DNA of 64,000 nt, taken from the NCBI RefSeq assembly GCF_964204645.1, contig NC_134034.1:6360914-6424913 (forward strand), written 5' to 3'. The translations under genes and the position numbers were made by a program. The number at the start of each line of letters is the position of its first letter. Within the stretch, counting starts at the first letter, position 1. This DNA is from Tubulanus polymorphus (taxonomy: Eukaryota > Animalia > Nemertea). Below are positions 39,301-50,706 of this stretch, in pieces. Under the pieces are notes generated by a model, which saw only the letters and a list, made by a program, of their open reading frames with translations, was not told the origin of the DNA and did not search any database.

Positions 39301-42300
39301 CGTATGCTTAATACACTACGCTCAAAGCAATTTTTAGCACACTCAACGCAATTTCAGTAGCCTGTAATTTCACTACTAATGGGCTAATTGAACGGATTAG
39401 GCAAAAATATATTTCATAACTCGTTTTTCTTTATGGTGCGCAAAGTTGAAAGCCGTAGGTTTCATATTTTTTTAGAAATCAACCAAAAAGTGTAAAAAAA
39501 ATTTGATTTATTTGAGCACGTTTTTTTATGCAGCATCTTTAATTGTCCAAAATAACACATGTGAAAATTCAATGTTATTTGCGTCAGAAGAACTTTATCT
39601 CGTCAAGATCCGATGCTTTGTTCGGTAGTAATGGGCTTTCAAAGACGAAACCCCCCAAAATCTTGGTTATATATAATTTATGTTGACCCGGTTTGAACTC
39701 CATCATGACGTTATAGCATTCGTTGAATATGTAAAGGAGGTGGATCAGCAGGTGCTAAACAAAATCACGGCACAATTGAGGTTCATATTCATCATTTCTA
39801 GCGCGAATAGTGATATTCAAGGCGTATGATATAACGATTTATTGTGCGATGTGTTCATTGATTCATTTAGTTTTGAAATCCCGTAGTCGCGTAGGCAATA
39901 TTGCCTCATACTCTCGTATTCACTGCATGTATGTTTCAGTTATAGATAACGCGAGCCAAGGCGCAGGTCGCGCGTAACAACGAGTGAAGATGTAAGCTTG
40001 CCTGCCTTCTTAAAGCAATCCTATTGTAAAATTATTAAAAACTATGTCAGTCGATAAACTTTATTTCGTCAGTAACCGGCACTGGCCTCAAATTTGCATA
40101 GACTTGGGAGCTTCTGTCCTAATTGAGCCGTTTTATAAGGAAAAACCTCCGATGAAACCCAGGCCCTCACTTTGCCGGGTCGCTCATAGTTTTAGTTGTT
40201 TTATATGTCATTCTATGAATGTATTAGAATTATGAATATTTATTTGTTGAGACAAAAATTCCCAAAATTAATTTTTCAAAGATTTAATTCTCGTTAAAAA
40301 GTCAGTTATCACTGGCCAAAATTAAGTCCTTTTTTATATACTTTTCTTATTTAATTTTCAATGAAATGAATTTTTCGTACTAGTAGCCTATACATGACAA
40401 ATTTTTTACTTCACATTATGGTTTGGCGAGCCACTGGTCCATTGGTCCTTTATTATAGTTTTTGTGTTAGTTTCTATCATGTTTAGAACTATCCATTACA
40501 CAAACAACCTGACAAAGAGATAGAAGCACTTCGATAAATGAATTGCCTCGAAAGCTTACCCTAAAATATTCTACGTTTTTTCCAAGGCTTCAAGTAATAT
40601 ATCTATAATTAATTTTGTAATTGCTTTTTCTTTTAGACCGGTGAAGCTGATGTGCTAGTAAGAAGAGCAGAACGTTTTGGTTTGATTTCACCAAAAGTTG
40701 CCAAGGTAAATCTTCAGGAGCCAGTTGCACAGTCATGGCTTAAGTCCAAAAATTGTCTTAAATCTTAACCCTTACAATACCACTAACGTATGGCATACGG
40801 TACAAATTGGCAAGCTAGCATACCTGTACCGTATGTGATACAGTATCGCTTAACCCTTCTTCTAGAAGGGCATATCTATCAGTATGGTGCTGCCATCTGC
40901 ATAACATCCAAGATGGCAACAGCCAGGAAAAAACAATTTGGCTGGATGAAACGGTTCAGCAGCTCGTATATGATGTTGACAGTGATGCTGGTGACTTGGA
41001 ATTTGGTAGTGAACAAATTGAGAGTGACAACGAATATGACAGCAGCAGGTTGATTCGGTTGTCATGGCAACGGACACCAATAACAATAATGAAGAACCAG
41101 AAACTGTCCTCCTCAAGGTCACATATATCCAAATAATTTGTCTTATTTGTAAGCCCAATGGTTATCAACACCATGGTATACAATGTATCAGTGTCAATTA
41201 CATAGGTAACAATTTTCTGAGGCCTGAAATTATACCCCAATGAAACCCCTTACATCCGGCCTTCCGACATATCGGTGAAGTTGGTAAATGAGTGGAAAAA
41301 TAAATTTTTTACTTGTTCTATTGCTTTGAAATTTTTACTACCTAAAGTAAGGATATATGGCATACAATTTCAGTTGGAATTGAATAGATCAGTGCATTTT
41401 GCTGGCAGACAGAGCAGTTTATCTGAAACTTTTTCGTGAATTTTTTTCATGGCGGCAATCTTGGACTATGTGACCTTGACCTCAAGTTCACTTATATCCA
41501 AATTATTTATGTCTACATTGTTGGCCCAATAAATTTTCTGTGTCAGATACCTTGGTAACTATAAGACTGGTCTTAAGTTGTTAGATTGGCTATAGAACAA
41601 AGTTGGTCTTAGACTGGCAATACAATACATTCAACAAAAATCGAAAGTTTCAGAGAATTTGGAGATGAAATACTAATTGGTTCTTTAATACGAACACTGA
41701 GAGAGCATCAGGTTTCTGCTATATGAAATTTATCACAATCAAGGCAAGGGATTTTGTAAACACCGGCATGAGTTGCAAAGTTGGAGCTTGTGATATGTTC
41801 TATGATCATGAAGAGTTTCCGGGTCATCAGTGGTTGATCACCAGGGGGTGTTGAATAGCCAAATAACTTTCTATTTTCATATTGTATTGGTACCCAGACA
41901 TTTCTACAATGAATTGCTAAATTGTCGCTGGTGACATCTATGATTGTGGTGACTTTCAAGGTCATTGGTACATGTATATGTCACCAGGTAGTGTTAAATA
42001 GTTGAATGGCTTTATATTATTATTCTGTATTGGTAACCAGGCATATTTTGTAACCGCAATGAATTACAAAATTGTAGCTTGCTCCATGTTCTATGATTAT
42101 GGTGAGTTTCAAGGTCATTGGATTTGTGTATGGTCACCAGGGGTAGCGAATAGCGGATTGACTTAGTATTTTCATATTGTATTGGTCTCTAGGCATATTT
42201 TGTAACGGCAATCGATTGCAAAACTGTAGCTAGCGGTGAGTTCTTAATATATTCGCCAGGACGCGTTGAAAATTGACTGTTACGCGTTTCAAGCCACTTC

Positions 42301-45300
42301 TCAAATGGGCATGGTGTCCCTGGACCCCAAATTTCTGATGACTGAGAATTATCATAAAGAAGTAAATCAATTTTGGGTTATGTTTGGTCCTGGTAAGACA
42401 TAAAAAGCAGATAAAGTGAAGTTATTTGAACCGTCCTAAAAATTGGGTATTAAATTGGTTAATATAATGATTCATCAGGTTCTAAGTAATCATATATTTT
42501 TTCTAGCTTGATGAAGAAACTCGTAAAAACAAACGCCAGGAACGATTTGGTAAAGATTTACAGGTATCTGCAACTGCTGATGTGCTTGGGGATAAGAAAA
42601 TAACCAAGGTAAATATCCAAAAGATGTGTTACTTTCCGTAAAAACCGGCGTATAAGTCTACACGGCGTATAAGTCGAGGTCGATTTTTAGACCTACATTT
42701 CATGATTTTAACATATATCCGGCTTATAAGTCGAGTCCCTTCTCTTAGAAGAATAATTACTGTATCATTGTATTGAATAGTTTGTTTTGATAACGATGTG
42801 TGCCTTCACGCACGCCACCGCGCGTCAGCCTGATTGCTGCTGTGTGTTAATCAATAGACTGTTACACACACTCAGGTATAATACACTACCATACAGTGAA
42901 ACAGTAGTGTGAGTCACACGCTATATATAGCCTAATGTATTAAGCGCTGCTATGAGCGCGCATATATAAATACATCATTTTAAATGAAGCTGTGTCAAAA
43001 TGAAAGAAGTTTTTTTCATTAAATAGCTTTATTTATCATGAATAATTATTGAAACTGTTATAGCAGTGAGAAGATGAACACTGTCTTTTTTGGCTGGTAG
43101 AATCAATATTTCTTGTGACCTGAAAATACTTAGTAGAAAACTGTACTCTGCTTATAAGTCGAGGTCAATAATTTAGTGGTAAAATCAAGGGTTAAAAACT
43201 CGACTTATACGCCGGTTTTTACGGTAAGGTTTAAAAGAAATCTCATTTCATGGACCGGCCAATGGTATTTGGTGAATATGTAGTAGTGCCCCCTGCCATC
43301 TATTTTTTGAAAAAACAAAGATGGCGCATGGTGGCTGTTTAATGATGTAGTGAATTTCATCTGAAAAACTTGTGATGTTTTTTGTGTTATTTTGAGGGGT
43401 CATTCAAAATGGCCGATTTTGCGTACAGAAGGGGAAAAATTCAAATTTTATGCGTACGTAATTAATGAATGATCCCTGATGAAATTTAGTACAGCCATTT
43501 GGTACAGCTAAAGTTTGTATTCGCTATTTATTCTTGGATGAAATCAGATGTCAGCCATTTTAGCATCCATCTATGAAGTGAATTTAGCTTGAACAACTCT
43601 GCTTAGATATTTCATTGTATTTTGATGAAATTTGGTACACATATTAAGCATGGTATGAAGTTGTAGGCTTGCTCTTATTTTCTATTTTTCAATAAAAGAT
43701 AGCTGATGGATGGCCAGTTTCGCATGTATCCATACAGTGAATTTTGTGAGGCAACTCTCTTAGATCTTTTTTTTTTTATTTTGATGGAACTTGGTAAAAC
43801 TATTTGCTATGGTGTGCAGTTGTACACCTGTGATTTACCTTAGAAAAGATGTAAGATGCTTGACTGGCAGAATCTTTAATTGTATGATTTAAATTATGAC
43901 TCTGATATTATTGCAGTCTTCGTGGCGAGGATGGTGGCAATGGCAGTCTTACCAAATGCTTTAACCCTTTCAGTACTGGCCATATTCATATGTTATAATA
44001 CTGAGATGATTTTTCGGTAAAACTAGTGTCTGCAGTTAACTTAGCATTACTCAGAAACTACTCAACCTATATAAACAAGCTATACACCAAATTCGAGATA
44101 TGAATCAGGGCTACATTTCAGAATAAGTTTTCCATGGTTCAGATTGGTGTGTTGAGGTCATGTGACCAATGTCAGTCATCTTGGATTTGAAATTACCATG
44201 TCTATGTAAAGATTGAGAAACATTACCCCCTAAACCTACTGAAACAAAAAAATTATTACTATCTGTACTCATCAATACCTTCAAAAACAGATTATCTCTC
44301 TCCTAAGGCCATATCAGAGCAATTCTCGCCGTTGGAATTCAATTGAATATCATCTTTACGCTTCACTGACTGTTAGTCTCCAATTCGGTGCCATTTTGCC
44401 TTTTGTTTTACCACAAAACTTGTCAAAAGTTCATAAAACCTTTAAATTCACTCACAAAATCTACCGGAGCACCACCTGGTAGATGTTTACTACCACCAGG
44501 AAGCGTTCAAATACAATAGGATTCGAGTCCCGACATAATAATCTAACGTAAAGTGACCCCTTCGGGGAATGGGGTGTGTATATTCTGTATATGTTTTACT
44601 GGCTTTCCAGAAGGGGGTGCGTACTGAAAGGGTAAGTTAGCGAAATTGCTCAAGGTTTACCTTACTAAGGTGTAATAGAGTGGGAATGAGACTGTGATCA
44701 TTAATTTTGTCAGTTTCGTCATCCATTTCGCCATCTATTTCACTGGCTTCCTCCGATGGATTTGACAACTCTAAAAGGTCATTAGTTTTCCATCTGTCCA
44801 CAGATGGAATCTTATTTTGGGAAGTTTTGAAGATGTTTCAATGTATTGTATAAGTGTTGAGATCCCATTTACCGTATTTTCCGGTGTGCAAGTCGACCTG
44901 GTGTATAAGTCGAGATCAAAAAAGGTTAGTTTGCTGTAATTCGAAACATCAAAGCAACAATTCGATGATACATTTTTGATACACCTGTTTCTTATAATCA
45001 TTGAATCAATTTACCCTTCTGGCATTTTACCTCTGGCATTTTTACCTCTGGCATTATTACCACGGCATTTTTCCATCGTACCATACTAAGGCTATAGGCC
45101 TAGTCGGTGTATAAGTAAGGTCCCTTCTTCACGTGTTTACATAAGTCACTTTTGAAAACAATGCTATGGTCATTCTCATAGTAGTTGAAAGTCTTTACCA
45201 TTGCAATTTGCAATTAATCATAAGGATCTGTTGTTTCTGATAGTAAATTACTGGATTCCTGCTCATTGGTTGTATCCACATGTTGAATGTATTGTGTATA

Positions 45301-46277
45301 CATTGAATGCTGCGCACCTGTAGTCTAGTATTAGATTGCTGTACACTTATTGATTATTGGCACGCTGCCATAGCAGCGCGGCTTATATAAAATGCTGTAC
45401 AATGATGATACACGTGCGCGCTCTTCTTTCTCATTTGATTTTTAACATCAGTTATTTCGAACCATTTCCAAACTATAAGAAACTATTTTGTCACCATTCT
45501 GAACTCTAATTGGTATATGAGTGTAGCCTAACATAAATTAATATTCCATTTCATCATGGCAACTTTGAAAAATTAAACATCGTCAGTTTAAATGATATGA
45601 AAGTGTATTCAGTATATAAGTCGACCTACTTTTTTGAACATGATTTTGGTCTCAAAAACTCGACTTATACCCCGTAAAATACGGTATCCCGATTCAGAAG
45701 CATCGAAGTCAATGCCTTCTCTGGACTGGTGTGGGATACATGTGTACTTATTTCCTCTGACACCTATTCTAGAGAGATTTGTCAATTAAATCTTGTTATC
45801 GCTTGTCAAGATTCAAAATATTGAAGATGGTAGATACCTGGTAACCAGGATACAACACTATCTCAATAAGACTCACGACGTCCCTCCCTGCTCTTCATTC
45901 ATTGCTGGAGTCTGCATCACCTAGTCTGTGCTGTCTTTTGGTTTCGCGCTACCAACCTCATTATCTGTCTATTATTGATACACTGAATCATGACATGTAT
46001 TTTCACAAATTTTACTATGATATTATAGATTGATGATCAGGGGAAACTTGAAAAACGTAAAGAGAGATTTGGAATTACAACAGGTAGTGGAGATGCTGCA
46101 TCACTCGACGTGGCGATGGATAGAAAACGAAAACGTGCCGAACGTTTTGGACTCATAAATTCTCCAGGATCTGAAAATGTTCCAAATTCTTCTGGTGGGC
46201 TGGTAAATGCCCCGATATCTTCGGAGATCGATGAGAAAAAGCGTAAACGAGCCGAACGATTTGGTGGAATTGCGTAA
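12293..46277 (+). CDS. SARNP: SAP domain-containing ribonucleoprotein (SARNP/CIP29/Tho1), 336 aa, 9 coding exons
   Basis: Exons 12293-12325, 22086-22203, 23426-23502, 26692-26846, 27608-27668, 28112-28258, 40637-40705, 42507-42608 and 46029-46277 are all GT-AG with consistent phases (1011 nt). The protein has the SAP domain MATTMDISKMK|IAELKKELKERGLSMSGNKSDLQERL, an acidic linker, repeated RxxRFG motifs and the C-terminus KKRKRAERFGGIA*. Confidence 0.95.
12815..13308. mobile_element. Nearly fully palindromic TA-flanked MITE (family P1)
   Basis: Ends TAATGTCTATTTCAACCTGACTTGAGAGCATTCC and GGAATGCTCTCAAGTCAGGTTGAAATAGACATTA, with ~245-bp arms. Other copies at 59057-59290, 60001-60409 and 60446-60726. 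Confidence 0.9.
13309..13886 (+). mobile_element. Repeat B with 30-bp hairpin H (13309-13338)
   Basis: TAGGGCGAAAGTGCTCATATAAGG... aligns in reverse complement to 59480-60002, 58800-59058 and 54490-54663. Confidence 0.8.
13886..14270. mobile_element. Inverted-repeat element whose two arms each contain a tRNA-derived head
   Basis: Arms TGGTAAGGT..CTATA..TTAAAAC..GAGCTCGGTGGT(T/C)TA. The left arm has A box TGGTTTAGTGG and B box GGTTCGAGTCT (13986-13996). The right arm carries a degenerate copy on - (about 14147-14214). Confidence 0.65.
14367..15830 (+). mobile_element. Helentron-type non-autonomous element HINE1, interrupted (14367-14670 + 15612-15830)
   Basis: 5' stem TAG(T/C)CCACTTGGGA..AGTCCCAGCGGGCTA and a GTCC microsatellite. 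Body matches 19672-20785 and 25175-26340. Confidence 0.8.
15520..15610. mobile_element. hAT-like element end inserted in HINE1
   Basis: Repeated GCAGGGC subterminal motifs ending GAGAACACTG (CAGTGTTCTC on -). The partner end was not identified. Confidence 0.4.
16027..16802 (+). mobile_element. Non-autonomous PIF/Harbinger derivative with MADF remnant
   Basis: ~40-bp TIRs AGGCTGGCTTATGTCGACAAGCAACGCGACGCCTACCGAC and a 3-bp AT-rich TSD. 16415-16540 encodes frameshifted DWTEDLETKLVELWCERPSL.DVASTLYS.., a MADF/Myb-like ORF2 remnant. Confidence 0.8.
17560..17977 (+). mobile_element. HINE1 3' fragment with ~154-bp tandem units
   Basis: Three units containing GGTCACCAGGGG(G)C, ending CATGGTGTCCCTGGACCCCTAGTT. 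Confidence 0.8.
18149..18278. mobile_element. Short Harbinger-like MITE
   Basis: TIRs GGGCCAGTTGCTCAAAAGTTGGT and ACCAACTTTTGAGCAACCGGCCC. Confidence 0.7.
19440..21463 (+). mobile_element. Helentron-type element HINE2 with ~143-bp tandem repeats
   Basis: subTIRs TAGCTCCGCTGTG and CACAGCGGAGCTA, GTCCGTCTGT microsatellite, T-run flanks. Units CAGTTTTAATCAGATCAATTCCAAATTTGG at about 19599, 20843, 20987, 21129 and 21295. Confidence 0.85.
19672..20785 (+). mobile_element. HINE1 full copy nested in a T-run of HINE2
   Basis: subTIR CCCACTTGGGA / TCCCAAGTG. The host repeat resumes as TTTGGATTCGTCCCC after the insertion. Confidence 0.9.
23982..24243. mobile_element. Penelope-like inverted pseudo-LTR palindrome with degenerate hammerhead-like cores
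   Basis: ~125-bp inverted arms. The left arm on - reads CTGACGA-TGATCTCTAGGGCGAGATA-GAAACGTCG, followed by an AATAAA-type signal, as in PLE termini. Confidence 0.6.
25175..26340 (+). mobile_element. HINE1 full copy
   Basis: GCCCACTTGGGA...TCCCAAGTGGGCATGGTGTCCCTGGACCCCTAGTT, with GTCC microsatellite and ~154-bp units. Confidence 0.9.
26402..26509. mobile_element. 108-bp palindromic MITE with CTG TSD (Harbinger-type)
   Basis: GACCCAGTTCCACAGTTCTGAGTTA and TAACTCAGAACTGTGGAACTGGGTC, flanked by CTG on both sides. Confidence 0.8.
26900..27067. mobile_element. Tc1/mariner-like MITE right end
   Basis: Repeated TATAAC(G/A)A motifs ending GAGGTTCCACTG|TA. Confidence 0.5.
28400..29365. mobile_element. 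Two adjacent foldback/MULE-like MITEs
   Basis: First: GGGGGATTTT repeats at 28738-28780 versus AAAAATCTCCC at about 28403. Second: AAAAATGTCCC repeats at 28790-28870 versus GGGACATTTTT at about 29331, with inner inverted similarity. Confidence 0.5.
29486..30705 (+). mobile_element. HINE1 near-full copy (inside another GTCT-microsatellite element starting ~29370)
   Basis: Matches 25175-26340. Four tandem units and an intact 3' end. Confidence 0.9.
31451..32026. mobile_element. PIF/Harbinger-type MITE, TAA TSD, GGCC...GGCC termini
   Basis: TAA|GGCCATCCCA..GTCTGTTTGCCG ... CGGCAAACAGAC..TGGGATGGCC|TAA, with GTCGG subterminal repeats. Confidence 0.85.
32987..33573. mobile_element. TA-flanked CCGT-terminal (Tc2/pogo-like) MITE
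   Basis: TA|CCGTAAAAACAGGCGTATAAGTC ... ACTTATACGCCAGTTTTTAAGG|TA. Highly similar to 42636-43224. Confidence 0.9.
35119..35337 (+). mobile_element. tRNA-derived SINE
   Basis: A box TAGCTCAGTGAG, B box GGTTTGAGTCC, 3' tail GATGTAAAGCCAGACAAACAAACAA. Confidence 0.7.
36780..37040 (-). mobile_element. HINE-type element 5' end
   Basis: On -: TTTTTAGCTCTCGAGGAACGAGAGGGCTATT stem followed by GTGTCGGCATCG..GTGTATGTTT. Confidence 0.5.
37400..37490. repeat. ~23-bp tandem repeat x4
   Basis: Units AAA(A/T)TCTC(A/G)(A/G)CAGTG(AA/GT)TTT(A/G). Confidence 0.7.
38184..39046 (+). mobile_element. Internally deleted hAT-like element with 6-bp TSD
   Basis: TIR CAGAGATGCTAG / CTAGCATCTCTG, TSD ACTAAA (38178-38183 and 39047-39052), TTCCGGAA subterminal repeats. 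Confidence 0.85.
38639..38940 (+). pseudogene. Truncated transposase N-terminus with BED-like zinc finger
   Basis: KNKFNWHWL...AYCVVCEDQVKYGSGGKKDILRHPDSARH (C-x2-C...H-x5-H). The catalytic region is deleted and the ORF runs into the right TIR. Confidence 0.7.
40768..41100 (+). mobile_element. piggyBac-like left end(s) with acidic N-terminal transposase remnant
   Basis: TTAA|CCCTT at about 40764 and 40850. Frameshifted MATARKKQF..VQQLVYDVDSDAGDLEFGSEQIESDNEYDS. Confidence 0.45.
41780..42330 (+). mobile_element. Diverged HINE1 3' fragment
   Basis: Degenerate tandem units ending TGGGCATGGTGTCCCTGGACCCC. Confidence 0.75.
42636..43224. mobile_element. CCGT-terminal MITE, second copy
   Basis: CCGTAAAAACCGGCGTATAAGTC...GACTTATACGCCGGTTTTTACGG|TA, located 27 bp downstream of SARNP exon 8. 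Confidence 0.9.
43965..44632. mobile_element. piggyBac-type MITE
   Basis: TTAA|CCCTTTCAGTAC ... GTACTGAAAGGG|TAA. Confidence 0.75.
44872..45684. mobile_element. Related CCGT-terminal MITE containing a foldback-like fragment (~45010-45082)
   Basis: TA|CCGTATTTT..GTATAAGTCGA ... TCGACTTATACCCCGTAAAATACGG|TA, with internal CTGGCATTTT(T)ACC repeats. Confidence 0.8.
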
Positions 46278-47797
46278 AGTTAGCAGGAAAGCATAATTTG
46301 ATCATCATTTTCTGAAAAACTTATTAAGATTATGAATTGATCCACATGGACTAACTGACTCATAGAATGTCTTTAGACAACCCACAAAGATTCATGTGTA
46401 CATAGTCGCTACTTAGCGACTCAGGAACCCACACTCATACTGGGTACATTTTGTCAAGGTTTTTAAGCTAAGAGTAGTTTAAGATAAGAAAGCTCTTTAA
46501 GTTTAAGATGAAGATTAAAATTTAAGATAAGAAAACTCTTTAACTACTTGTGTGCAGCAGATGAAAAAAATGTCAGGGACGATTCGGGCAGCATAAGAAG
46601 TAATAGGCAGGATAAGGGTGGATACGGGTGGCTTGAGTGCAAATTGGTTAAAATACATGCCTATATACCAGTGTAGTACGTGTAATACTGAGAAACAAAA
46701 TAACAGATGCCATTTGTTCTTAGATTTCCTTTTAATGATGGTGCCTGGTTTTGGACTGGTTTCGGCGCTATTGCACTTTCGTACCCCCTCCAAAAAACTT
46801 TTATTTCTGTATATTTCTGTATCAGGGAGGTTTGTAGAGTCAAAATAAATTACTTTTGACAAAAAAAATTCTAATAATTAGTCAAAATTCTGATAATTTG
46901 GGGCCGATTTCGTCGGTCGGCTATGTTTCCGCACTAATTACCACCTAAAAACATCTGAATAAATTTGTCTCAATAAATTTAATTGACAAAATTTCGTTTT
47001 TTGCATATAACTTTCCTTCATCAGAACATCTTTTAATCAGTAGCTACGTGTGAAAATAACACAGACATACGCGTCATTTTCAGAAATGGTCATGACATTT
47101 CAGTGGAGTCCTTGTATGAAGCTGGATCCAAATATCCAGCATATTGTTGACCCAGGTTGCGCTTCTTGGAAATAAGTCATATGCTATGGACTGATTTGAA
47201 TTATTTCGATGACGCTTCCCAGTGCGATATACAAACCAGTTAGGCAGAAACCCGTTATCGCTGTTATGCAACTATATTTTTAAGTTTAAAGTTTCAAATG
47301 CAGCTCATCTACATGAAATCTGTGCCATGCTTTGCCTGATACAACCAAACCATGTATCCGCCAATTGAAAATATATTCATTTTAGAGATTCTTCAGATTC
47401 AATTTTGCACTGCCCTCAGAAACATTTATAGGCCTTAGTAGTTTCACATCGGTACTATATGTAACACAGGGGCGAATCCAGGGGGGATTTCAGGGAGTCT
47501 GAAAAGAAATTATCTTTCTTTTAACACTGCTGAAAAAAAATTTATAAGTAACTACTTCGTCATTGAATGTTAAATTTCACTGGTTAAATGCATCTGGAGG
47601 CTTCTATTTTTCATTTTTATTAAATTTGGTGCTTGGCACTTGCTGAATAATTTTAACCTTGGAATCCCCCCTTTCTCATCCTGGCTCCACTCCTATCACA
47701 CTACTTAAAACATCAATTGGTCGAAGGTTGTCATTATCAGTAAACAATGTTAAAATTGGTGGAACCAAACATTTTTATCCATTGTATCTATACTGTA

Positions 47798-48234
47798 TAG
47801 TCAACCTCGCTTAATTTGTATCTCTTGGGACTGTGTTTTTTCTACGAATTAGACATTATACGGATTATACATAATTCGTACTTTCAATGATTTTCAATTT
47901 TTCTATTATCATGTAAATTATTTCTCGAATAAAAACCTGGCGGGAAAATTTCGTGTGGCTGTGGCACGCTTAATGCCAATATGACTGACAAGTTATTGAT
48001 AAGCTTGCCAATCACTGCTGGCAGCGGAACAATGGGATACGAATTACGCGTTGCATTTCCAATTGTTTTTAAGAAAAGGGACCGTGGCAACGACTACGAT
48101 TTACGAATTACTAAGTACGAATTATCCGATGAAGATTAAAGGGAATAATGAAGGAAATAATCAGGACCCTTCATTTTTATACGAATTAGGTAGTTATACG
48201 AATTAACCAACTACGAATGAAGCGAGGTTGACAG
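47798..48234. mobile_element. Tc1/mariner-like MITE
   Basis: AGTCAACCTCGCTT and AAGCGAGGTTGAC ends, TACGAATTA repeats, TA flanks. Confidence 0.7.
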
Positions 48235-49756
48235 TAATGAGAAAATATGTGTACCAATATGCTTTTTTGCTTAGAAATGTTCATCTTTATTTGGTATACT
48301 GGGTATTGAAATCTTTTTAAGCCGGCACTTCCCGGTGACAGGATATGTCGGGCACAGTCCGTGAACTTTCATAAAAAACGAATAAACGAATTGATCAAGG
48401 GATCCATTTAGTTAACTTATTTTCTAAAAATTTTGAAATTTTTGTCAGCTTGTGTTCATTGGCAGCACTGCGTGAATGGAAATGGCCAAAGATTATGAAA
48501 TAGAATGGACTAGAATAGATATTGACGGTTCTATCCCATCCCCATCATCCCACTATGTTTCATCTAGCCCGCTCAAAATCATGCTAGCAACAGTGCCCTT
48601 ATCGATGTCATTCATCAACTGATGGTGCCGTTTGGCTAGTGAAAGTTGATATGTGACCCTAGAAAATCCTGGAATTCAGCCAAGTCATCATTTTTTATCA
48701 CCATCGAATATATATCTCCAGGGGTTGATCCAGAAATTTGAGCAGAGGGGTCAAGCGCAATGTTTTCCCACCTACATGTATATATTTTTGAATGCGAGAG
48801 AATTTCATTCATAAAAATGTGTGCATTAGTGGCAGGCACCGAAACAGCAATCGATATTGTGTTAGTTTCATCATTATTATGATGATTGATATCACTATCA
48901 GAAAACACAGAGCGGGAGGGTCTAGATCCCCTAAGGCCCCACTTGGACCTCCCTGGATATCAATTTCAAAACTTGATTGTAGCAATTTATTATTGTGTCC
49001 CTTATCACCTATTGCTATGAAGAAGCAATGTCACTATCGTAACCTACAAGCTTTCTTGCACGAAATTTCGGCATTTGCTTTAAGGCCCAGAATACCCTAT
49101 ATTTGTCCATCATTAACGTAACCTCAATGTCTCCCTTTGACCTTGACAACCTTTACGTAAAGACTACTGTACTAGACTAAAGCATTTGTAACATATTCGT
49201 AACAGTTGACTTAATTCATGAATTAGCAGTAACCATCATGTTTCATAACCACGAGAAAGAAATCTTTCTATCCTGCAATCTACAATTCAAATTCAGACAG
49301 GATGGTAATCGAAAAAATAGTTACGGACATGAAAATTGCTTTGGACTACATACAATGTACATAATATATAATGTCCAATGCTTCAAACTAACTACGAAAT
49401 TTGATGCTAAGTATCTATTCACAGCGACCCCTTAAGACCCTGATATCATTGTTCTATCACAGCAACTCAGAGCAATCGATTAGCAATTTCTCGGCGATGA
49501 GCAATTTCTTTCGTTGCTGCAGACAGACAGATGAATGCACGAAAAGTGAATGCAACAGCCCACTGGTACATATAAGTCCCAACTGTTTTGTCAATGTGAT
49601 TAAGAGAAAATCAAAAAATCTATACCGGTAACATTTTTCAGGTCCCAGTGCAGAGTCTTTCATAAACATACAGTTTAGTGGAAATGAGATGTTGTTCACG
49701 CCATTTGTCATTGGAACACTTATTTTCACTTTGTTCGATAATCCTATTTGCGGTAG

Positions 49757-50344
49757 GGCCACACCAAAATAAAATCCCGTTTCTCGGGCGGGGCAATCAC
49801 CAAAATGGGTAGGTAGGTATGACATTTTTTTTTTCTTTTTATAGAAAAAAATTGTTAATTCTTCTATCAGTGGGTAGGTTGCCGCAAATAATTTCTACTG
49901 GACTCAGGAATATGATTAACAGCTAGTAGACCACAATTATAAAAGGAAATTGAGGTGTTTGTACAATTAACTATAAAAAAATATATTTTGAACATATTTC
50001 ACGGAATTCATGGAATTTTACAATCCAAGGCCGGCATCAAAGTCCGATAAGCAAAGTTGTCCGAGCATGGCTGCGCAATTTCCAGAATCAAATTTTAAAT
50101 CCGATATAATAAGATGTTTTTATGATGTTGATCTCAGTGCCGACGTCACGATTTGATTTAAAAAATATTTACGAGAAAGGAGAGTTTGGTAGTCGGTCGG
50201 CCACATATATATTTTTGTTATTTCACCCAAAATTTTGAAAAAGGGTCGGTAGGCGGTTATATTTTATTCTGAAAATGATTATTTGAAATGGGGAAATATC
50301 CGGTCGGTCGGGCCAGAGAAACAGGGTTTTCTTTTGGTGTGACC
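49757..50344. mobile_element. Harbinger-type MITE, TAG TSD
   Basis: TAG|GGCCACACCAAAA..GTTTCTC ... GAGAAAC..TTTTGGTGTGACC|TAG. Same architecture as 31451-32026. Confidence 0.8.
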
Positions 50345-50706
50345 TAGGCCTAGCTACTTTTTGCTATGGCCCGAAACTTCATTCACTCTATGGACGCACA
50401 GTGAACGCAGATTCTACCAAAAAACGATTTTTTCCTCGAACTTCATAGATGCCCAATTTGTTTTTACAATGAAAAACATTCCTTTTTCACCAATTTCAAC
50501 TAGTCAGTTGCTATTAGTCAAAAACTGATTTATTAAGTCATGATATGAACTTCAATAAAACTATCACAGACTCCTATACTTCCATATAATCAAATAGAAC
50601 ATGAATTTCAATTAAACATATATTTACATTCTGCTTTTTCATTTCATTTAGATTTTAAAAATAAATACATGTAAATGTCAATAAGACACATAATATTCCT
50701 TACAGA

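Noticed and set aside
4324-50673. TACATGTA as a third scar class
   Set aside because: About 8 copies against roughly 2 expected, at least two are explained by substitution within HINE1 copies, and no filled/empty pair was found.
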